NCBI GenBank assembly: GCA_937925475.1
Contig: CALEWH010000006.1
Location: forward strand, 15,490 to 79,489
Origin: an uncultured Clostridia bacterium
GTDB taxonomy: Bacteria; Bacillota; Clostridia; Christensenellales; UBA1242
DNA: 64,000 nucleotides
Reading direction: 5' to 3'
Below the pieces are notes generated by a model that saw nothing but the letters and a program-made list of their open reading frames with translations, searched no databases and was not told the origin of the DNA. Position 1 is the first letter of the stretch. Every line of letters begins with the position of its first letter. Made by a program: the position numbers and the translations under genes. Below, piece by piece: positions 8,702 through 19,009 of this stretch.

Positions 8702-9331
8702 CTAACCCCCTATAAATACATCTATTATGTCACTCGACACATTTAGCGCTGTTCGCACCGCATTGATGATATCAAGCTTGACCCTTATGTCCCTAGCCCC
8801 ACTACTTACTACTATCACACCTTTTATATTTGGCAGTGTTTCACCTATGATTAACGGATTTGACTTGCCGTTTATCGTACTATAAATAGGTTCGTATGTA
8901 GTAGTCGTTGTACTGCCACCTGACGACGAAACTGTTTTGATTTCTTCGTTTTTGGCTATTGTGAGTATCGGACTCGAATCAATCGATATCATTACGCTGG
9001 TTTTGCCAGCACCATTTATCTCGCTTAGTACCTTAGTTAGTTTTTCTTCGAGTATGGATATGTACTCCAAACTACTTGTATAACTTATACTGCCTGAATC
9101 GGTCTTCGAACTTGTTTTGCTTTGACTAGACGGCAAAGATTTCATTATGAGCAACGCACACACTACAAGCACAAACACCGGCAAAAGCACTTTCATTCCT
9201 TTGATACTAAATATCTTGGGCAGTGTTATGCTTTTTGCTTTGTTTTGCGTCTTGGGCGGGCTTTTCCCGTTTAGCGTAGTTATGCTTTGCTCACTTATGT
9301 TTGAGACCACAACGCTGTTACAAGACTTCAT
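8702..9331 (-). CDS. spoIIIAG: Stage III sporulation protein AG
   Basis: 209 aa with one TM segment and a C-terminal GVIVVSSGARDIRVKLDIINAVRTALNV pattern typical of SpoIIIAG. Position in the operon agrees. Confidence 0.75.
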   Translation of the reverse strand: MKSCNSVVVSNISEQSITTLNGKSPPKTQNKAKSITLPKIFSIKGMKVLLPVFVLVVCALLIMKSLPSSQSKTSSKTDSGSISYTSSLEYISILEEKLTKVLSEINGAGKTSVMISIDSSPILTIAKNEEIKTVSSSGGSTTTTTYEPIYSTINGKSNPLIIGETLPNIKGVIVVSSGARDIRVKLDIINAVRTALNVSSDIIDVFIGG

Positions 9332-9776
9332 AAACCACTATCTCCTCGTCCACCTCCACAACTTCTTTAACTAAGTCAGTAATATGTTTATACTTATTTA
9401 TATGCTCGTCCATATTGTTTAGAACAGATTTACTGATGTATATTTTGACTTGTCCAATATTAATACAATTTCCTACATCTTCCGCTTCTATTTCGACAAC
9501 ACACGCAATGCCCTTCTCATACAAATGGTTTCCGACTTTTTCTTCTAGTGCTGATATTCGTTGTTCTTTGACGCTCTCTATCCAATCACCTTGTATGTTT
9601 GTTTCTATATTCCAGTCCTTTTTAAATATTTTTAAAACAGGCGTAACTATAACAATAAGTACAAACAAAGAAAAAACGCATTTTATAATATGGTTTGTTT
9701 TACCATTTGGCGAGATGATATCTACAAGGACTCCCAAAAACACAATTCCAACTATACTAATAAGCCACTCTTTCAT
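9318..9776 (-). CDS. spoIIIAF: Stage III sporulation protein AF
   Basis: ORF 9318..9887 trimmed to ATG 9776, which forms an ATGA overlap with the spoIIIAE stop. The N-terminus MKEWLISIVGIVFLGVLVDIISPNGK is SpoIIIAF-like. Confidence 0.75.
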   Translation of the reverse strand: MKEWLISIVGIVFLGVLVDIISPNGKTNHIIKCVFSLFVLIVIVTPVLKIFKKDWNIETNIQGDWIESVKEQRISALEEKVGNHLYEKGIACVVEIEAEDVGNCINIGQVKIYISKSVLNNMDEHINKYKHITDLVKEVVEVDEEIVVYEVL

Positions 9777-10930
9777 CACACACCTGCCACTGTACACATA
9801 ATGAGTCCAACTGTCAAAATATACATAAACGAGATTGACAACAGTATGACAAGAGGATAAACCAGCACCTTGGACACGCCTTCGCAAAACGACGAAATAT
9901 TGTTGTCGGACATAGGCTCAATAACACCAGCAGTAAATTGCAAAGCAAGTTTTAGTAGAAGTATTTTTATAATAGGCGCAAGCACAACTCCGAGCAATAT
10001 CAGTAGTCCACCGACACCAACCGCATTTTTAATAAGTACAGACGACAACAGCACATAGTCAAGTCCGTCGCTTAGATAACCGCCAACGATAGGGATTGCG
10101 TTTTTCATAGCAAAACGAGTTGCTTTTAGACTTATAGTGTCGTACTTGCCAGCCGATATGCCTTGGATAGTAAGAAAACCCGCAAACAATGTAAAAGTAA
10201 GACCAACGCCCCATTTAAAAACCGAATTTACAAAACCCGACATCTTGTTAAGTTTGACACTGCTGGACAAATGCCCAACAATGACAAAGACAAATGCGAT
10301 GATAAAAAGTGGATAAAACACTTTACTGAAAAGCAATGACACGCCTGTTGTCAAAATAGCAACAAGTGGCGAATATATTCCAACACTCACTATCCCGCCC
10401 GTAGCAGTGAGTAGCGTGAGCAGTATGGGAAAAACACATTCCATTTGTGACTGTATTTTTGAGATTGTCTGATAAGTGGTCGACACTACACTGCTCACAA
10501 CAGAAACAATGATTATCACAACCATACAATAACATACAAGGCTCATAATTTCGCCAACGCCATTAGAGTTTTGTAAAGGTCGAAAGTTTTTGAGTACTAG
10601 CGACATTACTCCTAGCACCACAACAAGTATCATAACAGGCACAACGCCATTTAACTGGTCACTAAAAGATTTGATTATAAAATTGAGAGTACTTCCATAT
10701 TGAGTGTTGTACTTTCCCGAAACAATGTCCTTTATTATTTCTTTAAACGACCGACCACTTGTAATAGACTTGATGTCTTGTGTCAAATCGTCAAGCCCAG
10801 ATGTATCAAGGTTTTCGACTTGTTCATCTATCACAGTGCCAAGATCTTCAGCAAACGAAGATGTCTGAGTTTTGGGGACAAGTGAAAATATCAAAAGCAC
10901 CATTGCAAGTATAATAACGACTTTTTTCAT
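9776..10930 (-). CDS. spoIIIAE: Stage III sporulation protein AE
   Basis: 384-aa polytopic membrane protein with a signal-like N-terminus. Size and operon position match SpoIIIAE. Confidence 0.88.
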   Translation of the reverse strand: MKKVVIILAMVLLIFSLVPKTQTSSFAEDLGTVIDEQVENLDTSGLDDLTQDIKSITSGRSFKEIIKDIVSGKYNTQYGSTLNFIIKSFSDQLNGVVPVMILVVVLGVMSLVLKNFRPLQNSNGVGEIMSLVCYCMVVIIIVSVVSSVVSTTYQTISKIQSQMECVFPILLTLLTATGGIVSVGIYSPLVAILTTGVSLLFSKVFYPLFIIAFVFVIVGHLSSSVKLNKMSGFVNSVFKWGVGLTFTLFAGFLTIQGISAGKYDTISLKATRFAMKNAIPIVGGYLSDGLDYVLLSSVLIKNAVGVGGLLILLGVVLAPIIKILLLKLALQFTAGVIEPMSDNNISSFCEGVSKVLVYPLVILLSISFMYILTVGLIMCTVAGV

Positions 10931-11316
10931 TTATCTATCAACTCCAACAGCAAATTGAAGAGATTGTTTAGTATAGGCAAAGCCATAGTAAATATGATGA
11001 CTTTCCCACCAAGTATAACTTTGTCACCAATCGACGAATAACCGCTATCAGCACACACTGACGCCCCAAACTCAACCAAGTATCCCACGCCCATAATTTT
11101 TAGCAGTGTTCCAAACAGACTTACACTGATGCCCGCCTTAACAACCACGCTATTAAACAATGTAAATATTTGAGTGAAATAATTTAGAATATATAGTAAA
11201 AGAGTTATGCTTCCTGCGATTATCACAATAAGCGAAAACTGCGGGCTTACAGATTTTAACATAGATGCACAAAGACAAATTATGATGCCTATGCTTACAA
11301 TTTTGACTACTTCCAT
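10927..11316 (-). CDS. spoIIIAD: Stage III sporulation protein AD
   Basis: About 129-aa four-TM protein. ATG 11316 has AGGTG 5 nt upstream; the ORF track's start codon at 11322 is GTG, directly after the spoIIIAC stop. Confidence 0.82.
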   Translation of the reverse strand: MEVVKIVSIGIIICLCASMLKSVSPQFSLIVIIAGSITLLLYILNYFTQIFTLFNSVVVKAGISVSLFGTLLKIMGVGYLVEFGASVCADSGYSSIGDKVILGGKVIIFTMALPILNNLFNLLLELIDK

Positions 11317-11324
11317 AGGCACAC

Positions 11325-11522
11325 CTAGTACAGCGAAAACAAATTTTTAACTGTGGAAAAAAGGTCGCTTATCATATTAATAATCATAAACAAAACTACT
11401 ATCACTCCGGCAAGTGTAGTGAGAGTGGCAATTTCATCTTTGCCAGAGTATTTTAACACTTGATTTGCGACCGCAACAAGAATGCCAATAGCGACTATTT
11501 TAAAAATAATATCTATATTCAT
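11325..11522 (-). CDS. spoIIIAC: Stage III sporulation protein AC
   Basis: ORF 11325..11543 trimmed to ATG 11522, which has a GGGGGAAAT RBS. The 65-aa two-TM protein MNIDIIFKIVAIGILVAV is typical of SpoIIIAC. Confidence 0.82.
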   Translation of the reverse strand: MNIDIIFKIVAIGILVAVANQVLKYSGKDEIATLTTLAGVIVVLFMIINMISDLFSTVKNLFSLY

Positions 11523-11564
11523 ATTTCCCCCACACAAAGCCAATATTTATGAGTTTGCATAACA

Positions 11565-11999
11565 CTAAAATAGTAGTATGCATAGTAGTATGCCAATAAG
11601 TATACTTAGTTTTAGAGAGAGCCCACCTTTTTTCTGTAAATCTTGCGTGCATTTTTCCTTTAAAGATTGAAAATACAACTTGTAAAACTCTATATTATTG
11701 AGTTCGTTTTGAGCATCATACTTGCCTATTGACAATAAGAATTCTTGCACCTTATTGTTTTCATTGACACTAAGCAATTTGTCACTCTCGCCACTAAGAA
11801 CCTTTTTCAAAATCCCACTATTGTACTGGTCTATGATTTGGTCTTTGGGAGTGTTGTAAAAATCAATTTGCTTTTTGGCGTACTCACAAAAACTTAATAT
11901 TGCATCAGATAGTTTTACTCTATCTTCGAAGTATTTTTTTATTTCAAACCCAATGTAAACACAAGTAATAAAAACTATTAGTAACAATACAAATTTCAT
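11565..11999 (-). CDS. spoIIIAB: Stage III sporulation protein AB
   Basis: ORF 11565..12014 trimmed to ATG 11999, which forms an ATGA overlap with the spoIIIAA stop. It has TM segments at both the N- and C-terminus, and its operon position agrees. Confidence 0.72.
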   Translation of the reverse strand: MKFVLLLIVFITCVYIGFEIKKYFEDRVKLSDAILSFCEYAKKQIDFYNTPKDQIIDQYNSGILKKVLSGESDKLLSVNENNKVQEFLLSIGKYDAQNELNNIEFYKLYFQSLKEKCTQDLQKKGGLSLKLSILIGILLCILLF

Positions 12000-12895
12000 C
12001 ACATATATATACAACGCAAGTTTTGGTTGTAGACCCCCTCAATAGTCCCAAGTCCGTTTGATGTACCAATGACAACTATTCTTTCCCACATCTCTTTTCT
12101 AAGCATTTCCTTAAAAGAGTTTTTACTTTTCAAATCGATTATGTCTTTTGCGTGAAGCGTCGCTATCACTTTTACTCCCGAAGTGATGGCGTTTTGGATC
12201 GCATCAAGGTCCTTGTCCACATTAATCTCGTCGGTTATTATCACATTTGGTGACATACTCCTAATGCCATTGCTAAACGCATATTCTTTGGTGCAGTTTT
12301 TGATAATATCAATGCCCGCAAATATCTCTTTTTCATAAACAGATGTTATCTCACATCGCTCGTCAACAATAAGCAGGTTTGGATTGTGCTCACGCATCTT
12401 CAACTGATATGCAAAATCACGCAAAAATGTAGTTTTGCCAGCACCCGGCGGGGAGATAATTAGTGTATTTTTGACACCACCCTCAACCAGATTTCCATAC
12501 ACTTTTAGACTACAATTTTTTATAATGTGCGGGATACGGATATTTAGTGAACTAATATTTTTTACAGTTTTTATACTATTTTCACCATACACTATTTCAC
12601 CACAAACACCTATGCGAAGACCTTGATATGTAACATATCCATTTATGAGTTGGTCATTGATTGAATACAATGAGTTGTTGGATATCTTTTGCAGTATATA
12701 ATCTAAATTGCACGACTTAATTATTATCCCGTCACCAACCGATTTTGACAGACCATTGTATGTTAGATACAGACAAGTTCCGCCCACATTTATCGTGATA
12801 AGGCTACCTACCCTTAGACGTATTTCATTTATCTTTTCAAAGGGCACTCCACATATACTTTCATACAAAAAATTTGGCAATATTTCTTTTAACAT
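11999..12895 (-). CDS. spoIIIAA: Stage III sporulation protein AA (secretion-type ATPase)
   Basis: 298 aa with Walker A SPPGAGKTT and Walker B LLIVDE. It is the first gene of the eight-gene spoIIIA cluster. Confidence 0.9.
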   Translation of the reverse strand: MLKEILPNFLYESICGVPFEKINEIRLRVGSLITINVGGTCLYLTYNGLSKSVGDGIIIKSCNLDYILQKISNNSLYSINDQLINGYVTYQGLRIGVCGEIVYGENSIKTVKNISSLNIRIPHIIKNCSLKVYGNLVEGGVKNTLIISPPGAGKTTFLRDFAYQLKMREHNPNLLIVDERCEITSVYEKEIFAGIDIIKNCTKEYAFSNGIRSMSPNVIITDEINVDKDLDAIQNAITSGVKVIATLHAKDIIDLKSKNSFKEMLRKEMWERIVVIGTSNGLGTIEGVYNQNLRCIYM

Positions 12896-12944
12896 ATCTC
12901 ACCTTTTCAGTATGATATTTGCCACACATTGAAATAATGACAAC

Positions 12945-12971
12945 AAAAAAAAGTATGAACAAGTCATACTT
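12945..12971 (-). terminator. Rho-independent terminator after the endonuclease IV-like gene
   Basis: Reverse strand reads AAGUAUGA-CUUGU-UCAUACUU followed by UUUUUU. Confidence 0.65.
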
Positions 12972-12996
12972 TAAATTGCGTCAATATATTACAAAT

Positions 12997-13842
12997 TTAG
13001 ATACTTTCATACATTTGTTTCATAGACATAGCATCACGAGTTTGAGTGCCACGCGACTCGCAAATAATAACAGGTTCGAGATTGTATTTCTTTATTACTT
13101 TTGCAAGTGGCAAAAACTCTGGACCATATATTTTATCATCAAAAGTCAAGTGTCTTATCTCTCCCTTTGACGCATATTCGATTTTACTGAAATGCACATG
13201 GACATTTTTCATTCGGTCATATCCCAATTTATCTATGCCATACTTAATTATCTTTTCATAGTCTTCTTCGGTTTTTAGACTACCTTGTGTAAGCGCGTTA
13301 ATGTGTCCAAAATCCAGTGTAGGAATATAGTGGTCAAATAATGTGCAAAAGTCTATTATCTCTTCGTATGTGCCTATTTGAGCCATTTTACCCATTGTTT
13401 CAAGACATACATACATATCATCAAGACCATTTTCAATAATGACATCTTTAAGCCACAATAGTCTTTCCTTAGTAAGTTTGATTGCGTCATTTCGGTCAAG
13501 CTTGCCAAGTGACGCTGGATGAACTACAAGATGATTTCCGCCAAGTACGCGTAGTTTTTTCAAACTACTAATGACATAACCTATGCTCTTATATGCCATC
13601 TCATCACTCACATTTGCAAAGTTTATAAAATAAGGGGCATGCGCACTAATTGTAATATTGTATTTTTTCATTTGGTCAGCAATCGCCATTGCAGTTTCGT
13701 CACTAAGAGTTACGCCCTTACTAAACGAATATTCGTAAGCATTAAGCCCTTTCTCGCTTAACCATTTAGCCATTTGCAGAGTTGTTTTGTATCCCTCCGC
13801 AACAAACATTTCGCATATGCCCGATGGCCCAAACTTTATCAT
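12997..13842 (-). CDS. AP endonuclease family 2 (endonuclease IV-like) TIM-barrel protein
   Basis: 281 aa. The metal-ligand pattern resembles Nfo (SAHAPYFINFA, VVHPAS, CLETMGK, LDFGHINA, HVHFSKIEY, ICES). Confidence 0.7.
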   Translation of the reverse strand: MIKFGPSGICEMFVAEGYKTTLQMAKWLSEKGLNAYEYSFSKGVTLSDETAMAIADQMKKYNITISAHAPYFINFANVSDEMAYKSIGYVISSLKKLRVLGGNHLVVHPASLGKLDRNDAIKLTKERLLWLKDVIIENGLDDMYVCLETMGKMAQIGTYEEIIDFCTLFDHYIPTLDFGHINALTQGSLKTEEDYEKIIKYGIDKLGYDRMKNVHVHFSKIEYASKGEIRHLTFDDKIYGPEFLPLAKVIKKYNLEPVIICESRGTQTRDAMSMKQMYESI

Positions 13843-13845
13843 TTG

Positions 13846-14700
13846 CTACTCCTTTAGGTAGGTTTGCATAGTACCTACTTTATTTTTTACATCTATCACA
13901 GCAACAGCATTTCCACTGTCCATTAAAAAGTACTTTCCGTCCATTAAGTCAAGTGTCACACTAAGCCCATTAAGCAGTCTTGAATTTGATTTATTTAATG
14001 TGATTTGTCCAAAAGAAACAAATACTTTTTCGACTGGAATAAGAAAATTTGTAAGGTCATCTTTTGTTAACAATTCGTCAAGCGTGATGCTAGTTTCTTT
14101 TACAAATTTCCCGCTCTCTACTCGCTCCAAACTTGTCATACAACCATATGTATTAAGTGCACTTGCTATATCGCGCGCAAGGCTTCTAATGTATGTTCCA
14201 CTGCCACACACGATGTCAAATTGAAAAATGTTTTTGTCAATTTGCTTTACACACTTGATACTTTCTATGTGCACACATTTTGGCTTTAACTCTACAGTTT
14301 CGCCAGCACGGGCAAGTTTGTAGGCTCTCACACCACCAACATTTTTCGCGCTATACATTGGCGGAACTTGCATAATGTCGCCTTCAAATTGTGGCAAAAC
14401 ATTTTTGAGCATATCAATACTCACATCTATTTTCGATGAGTTTAAAGTAGCCCCAGTACAGTCCAATGTGTCAGTCGTATAACTAAAATCAAACACCGCT
14501 ATGTATCTTTTAGTTTTGTCCAAAAAATAATCAAACATTCGAGTGGCTTTCCCTATCGCAATCGGCAAAATGCCACTTGCAAGCGGGTCAAGCGTGCCCA
14601 TATGCCCGATTTTGTCTATGTGAAAGTGTTTTTTTATTTTACAAACCACACTACTGCTAGTCATTCCGCTAGGTTTGTATACACTAACAAATCCCTGCAT
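13846..14700 (-). CDS. truB: tRNA pseudouridine(55) synthase
   Basis: 284 aa with GFVSVYKPSGMTSSSVV and the catalytic GHMGTLDPLASGILPI motif. Confidence 0.95.
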   Translation of the reverse strand: MQGFVSVYKPSGMTSSSVVCKIKKHFHIDKIGHMGTLDPLASGILPIAIGKATRMFDYFLDKTKRYIAVFDFSYTTDTLDCTGATLNSSKIDVSIDMLKNVLPQFEGDIMQVPPMYSAKNVGGVRAYKLARAGETVELKPKCVHIESIKCVKQIDKNIFQFDIVCGSGTYIRSLARDIASALNTYGCMTSLERVESGKFVKETSITLDELLTKDDLTNFLIPVEKVFVSFGQITLNKSNSRLLNGLSVTLDLMDGKYFLMDSGNAVAVIDVKNKVGTMQTYLKE

Positions 14701-15646
14701 AATACTCCCTAACTGCCTTCTCTATTTTTGCAATGACAGTGTTGTACGAGCCAAATACATTACAGCCAGACGCATTTTTGTGACCGCCACCGCCAAAGGT
14801 TTCGCAAATCTTTGACACATCAACATCACCTTTACTTCGAAAACTGCAAGTATATAGTCCCGCTCTTTCTTCACTTATCAACACGCCAATCTTAGCGCAG
14901 TCAATGTTTACACAAGTATCCACAATCCCAAATGTTTCGAGATTTGTACAGTTTTGCTCAGAAAAGTCTTTACTTGTAAGATATGTAATAGCAAGCGTGT
15001 TGTCTACAAGAAAACGCATATGCGATAGTGCTGTTTTTAGTAGTCCTACTTGCCCGATTGTTTTGCGCTTAAACAAATAATAATTTGCTTCATCAAAATT
15101 GAAGTTGTACTCCATAAGTTTGCTTGCGACATAGTGTGTTTGACTTGTGGTCGAGTTGTGCATAAAACAGCCAGTGTCAGACGACAAGCCCGCATAAAGT
15201 GCACAAGCAATGTCTGCATCAAACTTAACGCCAAGTTCGGTGAGTATAAAGTACAATATCTCACATGTACTCCCTATCGGCTCAACATAGTTGTATGTTG
15301 CAAAATCTTCTTGGGTCTTATGGTGGTCTATCTTTATAGACAAGCCAATAGACGAAAACAATGTCGCATATTTTCCCATTCGGTTTAGATCCGAACAATC
15401 GACCGCAACTGCTAAGTCATACTCTGCACAGGTGACTTTGTTGATGTCTTTGATGTATTTTATAAACTTATAGTTTTCCGGCAAAACACAATCGCAGTAT
15501 ATATCGCAAACAGCACCCATTTGAATGAGTGCTTGTTTTAGAGCCGAAGCCGAGCCAAAGCAGTCACCATCTGGGCGTTTGTGCGCAAATATGGCAACAT
15601 GCTTAGCGTTTTTTAAGATGTCCAACATCTTAGTGTTATATTTCAT
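14684..15646 (-). CDS. nrnA: DHH/DHHA1 phosphoesterase (NrnA-type oligoribonuclease / pAp phosphatase)
   Basis: 320 aa with motifs HKRPDGDCFGSA, IDHHKT and GGGGHKNASG. The rbfA-DHH-truB arrangement is typical of Clostridia. Confidence 0.85.
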   Translation of the reverse strand: MKYNTKMLDILKNAKHVAIFAHKRPDGDCFGSASALKQALIQMGAVCDIYCDCVLPENYKFIKYIKDINKVTCAEYDLAVAVDCSDLNRMGKYATLFSSIGLSIKIDHHKTQEDFATYNYVEPIGSTCEILYFILTELGVKFDADIACALYAGLSSDTGCFMHNSTTSQTHYVASKLMEYNFNFDEANYYLFKRKTIGQVGLLKTALSHMRFLVDNTLAITYLTSKDFSEQNCTNLETFGIVDTCVNIDCAKIGVLISEERAGLYTCSFRSKGDVDVSKICETFGGGGHKNASGCNVFGSYNTVIAKIEKAVREYYAGIC

Positions 15647-16001
15647 TATCGTTCCTTTTATCGTTTATTTCGTCAATAACTTTTTCTATCCTTTGACCGT
15701 ACTCGTACGAATCGTCAAGTATAAATTCGAGATAAGGAACTTTTCTAAGGTCTATACGCTCACAAAGTTCGCGTCTAAGATATCCTGCGGAGTGCAAGAT
15801 TTGATTAAAGATTTCTTGTTTGTCACTACCTGGGCAGAATATGCTTACATAAACCTTTGAAAGGCTAAGATCAGTTGTTGTGTCAACGCGAGTAATACTG
15901 ATAATACCTTTGATTAAAGGGTTTTTCATATCATAAGTAATAATCTCGCTAAGATACTTTTGTATTTCGCCATTAATTTTTAGTATTCGGGTACTACTCA
16001 T
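15636..16001 (-). CDS. rbfA: Ribosome-binding factor A
   Basis: 121-aa RbfA-like protein (RILKINGEIQKYLSEII, RKVPYLEF) directly after infB. Confidence 0.9.
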   Translation of the reverse strand: MSSTRILKINGEIQKYLSEIITYDMKNPLIKGIISITRVDTTTDLSLSKVYVSIFCPGSDKQEIFNQILHSAGYLRRELCERIDLRKVPYLEFILDDSYEYGQRIEKVIDEINDKRNDNEI

Positions 16002-16009
16002 AATCTCTC

Positions 16010-18442
16010 CTATATTTGTTTCATTTCGTATACTTCGATAACATCGCCGACTTTGATGTCATTGTAATTTTTAAGTTTGATACCGCATTCGTAGCCAGCT
16101 TTCATTGTCTTGGCATCGTCTTTTTGTTGTTGAAGTGTCTCTATCTCAGTCTCGGCTACAACAATATTATTTCTAAGTAGTCTAGCTTTTGCACCACGAT
16201 TAACAACACCATCAGTAACATACGAACCTGCAATATTGCCGACACTACTAATTTTGAAGACTTGTCTTATTTCAGCATGACCAAGAGTAACTTCTTCAAA
16301 TTTAGGAGTAAGCATACCATTGATGGCCATAGTGATATCATCAACAGCTTCGTAAATAATGCGATACAATTTTACATCAACACCATTTCTCTCAGCCAAT
16401 ACTTTTGCCTTAGCATCAGGTCTAACATTAAATCCGATAATGATGGCATTGCTGGCTTGTGCAAGCAACACATCACTCTCATTGATTCCACCAACAGATG
16501 CGTGGATACATTTTACTTTAACTTCTTCGTTTTGTATCTTTTCAAGTGTATCTTTAAGCGCTTCGGATGAGCCTTTTACATCGGCTTTTATTATGATGTT
16601 TAATACTTTAATTTCTTTATCAGCAGATTGTTTTAGGAAGTCTTCAAGGGTGATATTTGTGCCTTGGTTTCCTTTTTCAACTTGCAACTTAGCTGTACGC
16701 TCAGCAACAATGTTTTTAGCCAATTTTTCATCGACTACATATGCTTTCTCGCCTGCTTCTGGCACAACATTAAATCCAAGAACTGACACTGCTGTGCTAG
16801 GTGGTGCTTCTTTAACACTCGCACCTTTATAATCCATCATTGCTCTTACTCTACCACTAGCAACACCAGACACGATGTAGTCACCAACTCTGAGTGTACC
16901 ATCGCGCACAAGAACTGTCGCAACAACACCTCTGCCTTTATCAAGACGGCTTTCAATAACATAACCGCTTGCGTCTTGACTAGGGTCAGCAGTAAAGCCA
17001 GCAACATCACTTACAAGAAGTATCATTTCAAGAAGTTTGTCAATGCCTTGACCAGTAACCGCTGAGATTGGCACGATTATAGCGTCACCACCCCATTCTT
17101 CTGGAACAATGTCATACTCAGTAAGTTGTTGTTTTATTCTATCTGGATTTGCAGTTGGTTTGTCCATCTTGTTGATGGCAACTATCATAGGAACGCCTGC
17201 TGCCTTTATATGGTTGATGGCTTCAACTGTTTGTGGCATAATTCCGTCATCGGCTGCCACAACCAAGATCGCTATATCAGTAACCTTTGCACCGCGCGCA
17301 CGCATTGCAGTAAATGCTTCGTGTCCTGGGGTATCAATAAATGTGATTTTTCTATTGTTGACTTCAATCGAATATGCACCAATGTGTTGGGTGATTCCGC
17401 CCGCCTCGCCAGACACAACATTTGTTTTTCTTATTGCGTCTAGAAGCGAAGTTTTACCATGGTCTACGTGTCCCATTACAGTCACTATTGGTGGACGCTT
17501 AACTAGATTTTCATCTCTTTGCTCAAACATCTCTTGAAGTTGTTCTTCATAGTTTTTGTCGACATTGCGTTTTAAAGTGATTCCAAACTCGCTTGCTACA
17601 AGTTCGGCAGTAGCAAAATCAATTACACTATTGATGTTTGGCATCATTCCTAGCATCATAAATTTCTTGATAATTTCTGTCGCTGGTTTGCCAAGTTTTT
17701 CTGATAGTATTTTAACTGTCAAATTGTCAGTTGTGATTACTGCTTCGGTTATTTCTTGTTTTTCCACAACTGCATTTTGCTTGTTTTTCTTAGGTTTTAG
17801 CGCACGAACTCTTCCCATACGCTCTTCTGCTTCATAGTCGTCAAGTTCGACAAAACCCATACGGATTTTTGCTTTGATATTTAGACCTTGCTTGTCACTA
17901 TCTACTACTTTTGACTTGTTTTTGTTTCCAAATGTACGCTCTGGCTTAGTAGGGATTGCCACTTTCTCGACTTTTGCAAAGTCAGGTTTTGAAGCAGGGC
18001 GTGCTCCATTTGGTGCAGGTCTACCTGTTCCTTGTGGTCTTCCGCCTAGTCCATTAGGACGATTTTGCATTGGGCGATTTGGGTTTTGCGATTGATTTGG
18101 TCGCATACCACCATTTGGACGCGCTCCATATCCTCTATTTTCGCTCGACCTATTGTCATTTCGATAGTCAGGTCTTTTTTCAAATGGCTTGTTTGGAGTA
18201 TTTGGGCGCTCAAAAGATTTAGGGGTATATACCTCTTTCGGCGCAGGAGTTTCCACAACATCAGTGTGTGATATTGTTTGCTCTTTTGATTTTAAGATTT
18301 TACAGTAATTGTCGAGTGCTAGTTTTGCTTTCGATATCGCACTCACAAACGAATTAAGTTCGTTTGTACTAAGTAATCCACCAAGTGTTTTCAAGTTTTC
18401 AAATGATGTGCTGTGTTGTGGTTTGTTTGTATTTTTCTCCAA
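16010..18442 (-). CDS. infB: Translation initiation factor IF-2
   Basis: 810 aa with G-domain motifs [20 protein letters not shown] and NKMD, plus a low-complexity R/P/N/G-rich N-terminal region. Confidence 0.97.
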   Translation of the reverse strand: MEKNTNKPQHSTSFENLKTLGGLLSTNELNSFVSAISKAKLALDNYCKILKSKEQTISHTDVVETPAPKEVYTPKSFERPNTPNKPFEKRPDYRNDNRSSENRGYGARPNGGMRPNQSQNPNRPMQNRPNGLGGRPQGTGRPAPNGARPASKPDFAKVEKVAIPTKPERTFGNKNKSKVVDSDKQGLNIKAKIRMGFVELDDYEAEERMGRVRALKPKKNKQNAVVEKQEITEAVITTDNLTVKILSEKLGKPATEIIKKFMMLGMMPNINSVIDFATAELVASEFGITLKRNVDKNYEEQLQEMFEQRDENLVKRPPIVTVMGHVDHGKTSLLDAIRKTNVVSGEAGGITQHIGAYSIEVNNRKITFIDTPGHEAFTAMRARGAKVTDIAILVVAADDGIMPQTVEAINHIKAAGVPMIVAINKMDKPTANPDRIKQQLTEYDIVPEEWGGDAIIVPISAVTGQGIDKLLEMILLVSDVAGFTADPSQDASGYVIESRLDKGRGVVATVLVRDGTLRVGDYIVSGVASGRVRAMMDYKGASVKEAPPSTAVSVLGFNVVPEAGEKAYVVDEKLAKNIVAERTAKLQVEKGNQGTNITLEDFLKQSADKEIKVLNIIIKADVKGSSEALKDTLEKIQNEEVKVKCIHASVGGINESDVLLAQASNAIIIGFNVRPDAKAKVLAERNGVDVKLYRIIYEAVDDITMAINGMLTPKFEEVTLGHAEIRQVFKISSVGNIAGSYVTDGVVNRGAKARLLRNNIVVAETEIETLQQQKDDAKTMKAGYECGIKLKNYNDIKVGDVIEVYEMKQI

Positions 18443-18444
18443 GA

Positions 18445-18759
18445 TTAAAGTTCCCCTTTATATATAATGTCAGTGCCATTTATTATCGCCTGAGCAAGAT
18501 TTTTATCGGTTACTCCTGCCAATTTGCAAGAAGGTCGACCTATAAGTTCGCCAAAACAGCCTTCCACTTTTGTAAGTGTGCAGTTTTTGCTCTTTGCAAA
18601 ATTGAGTATTTTGCTTTGATTTTTTTCGGTCAAATTGTCGCCAACAACAATCACATAAAGATGTTTGCGACAAGACCAGATATTGTCAAGTCCATACACT
18701 ATTGAACGATTTTTAATTGAAAAACCAAGATATGTTTGGATTTTATTTGTCTTCTCCAA
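18445..18759 (-). CDS. ylxQ: L7Ae/L30e-family RNA-binding protein YlxQ
   Basis: ORF 18445..18783. I prefer TTG 18759 as the start because AAGGAG lies 7 nt upstream. Size, position between ylxR and infB, and the L7Ae-like pattern agree. The start is uncertain. Confidence 0.72.
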   Translation of the reverse strand: MEKTNKIQTYLGFSIKNRSIVYGLDNIWSCRKHLYVIVVGDNLTEKNQSKILNFAKSKNCTLTKVEGCFGELIGRPSCKLAGVTDKNLAQAIINGTDIIYKGEL

Positions 18760-19009
18760 CCGTATTCTCCTTGACATCTTCATATATTTTTTCGTCTATG
18801 TTTGTCTTAAACGAGCGATTAAACAAATGTGCTTTGACACACTTGTTTATGCATGCGTTGCTATTACATACATATGCACCGCGACCATTAAGTTTGCCTG
18901 TGGGGTCAAGTACAAAATCACCATTAGGTTTTTGCACAACCCTTGTCATCTCTGACTTTGGAAACATATTTCTGCAAGCAACACACATACGCATAGGTGT
19001 TTTTTTCAT
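18743..19009 (-). CDS. ylxR: YlxR/RnpM family RNA-binding protein (DUF448)
   Basis: 88 aa with N-terminus MRMCVACRNMFPKSEMTRVV. It lies directly after nusA, with the stop and start overlapping. Confidence 0.85.
   Translation of the reverse strand: MKKTPMRMCVACRNMFPKSEMTRVVQKPNGDFVLDPTGKLNGRGAYVCNSNACINKCVKAHLFNRSFKTNIDEKIYEDVKENTVGEDK

Noticed and set aside
12908-12940. Sigma-E-like promoter (TCATTAT ... CATACTGA) upstream of spoIIIAA.
   Set aside because: The -10-like element ends only about 12 nt before the ATG, so a transcript started there would lack the GGTGAG RBS. The spacer is also 18-19 nt and the -35 match is poor.
15046-15264. Same-strand out-of-frame ORFs nested in real genes (15046..15264 in nrnA, 10323..10535 in spoIIIAE, 36340..36540 in hslU, 53529..53738 and 51654..51860 in smc, 62380..62613 and 62252..62620 opposite ylbJ).
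   Set aside because: They are short, have no RBS and have unremarkable composition. The host genes have clear family motifs in the other frame.
17947-18217. Repetitive R/P/N/G/Q-rich coding stretch in infB ([42 protein letters not shown]).
   Set aside because: Low-complexity N-terminal linkers are normal for IF-2. This is not an independent repeat element.
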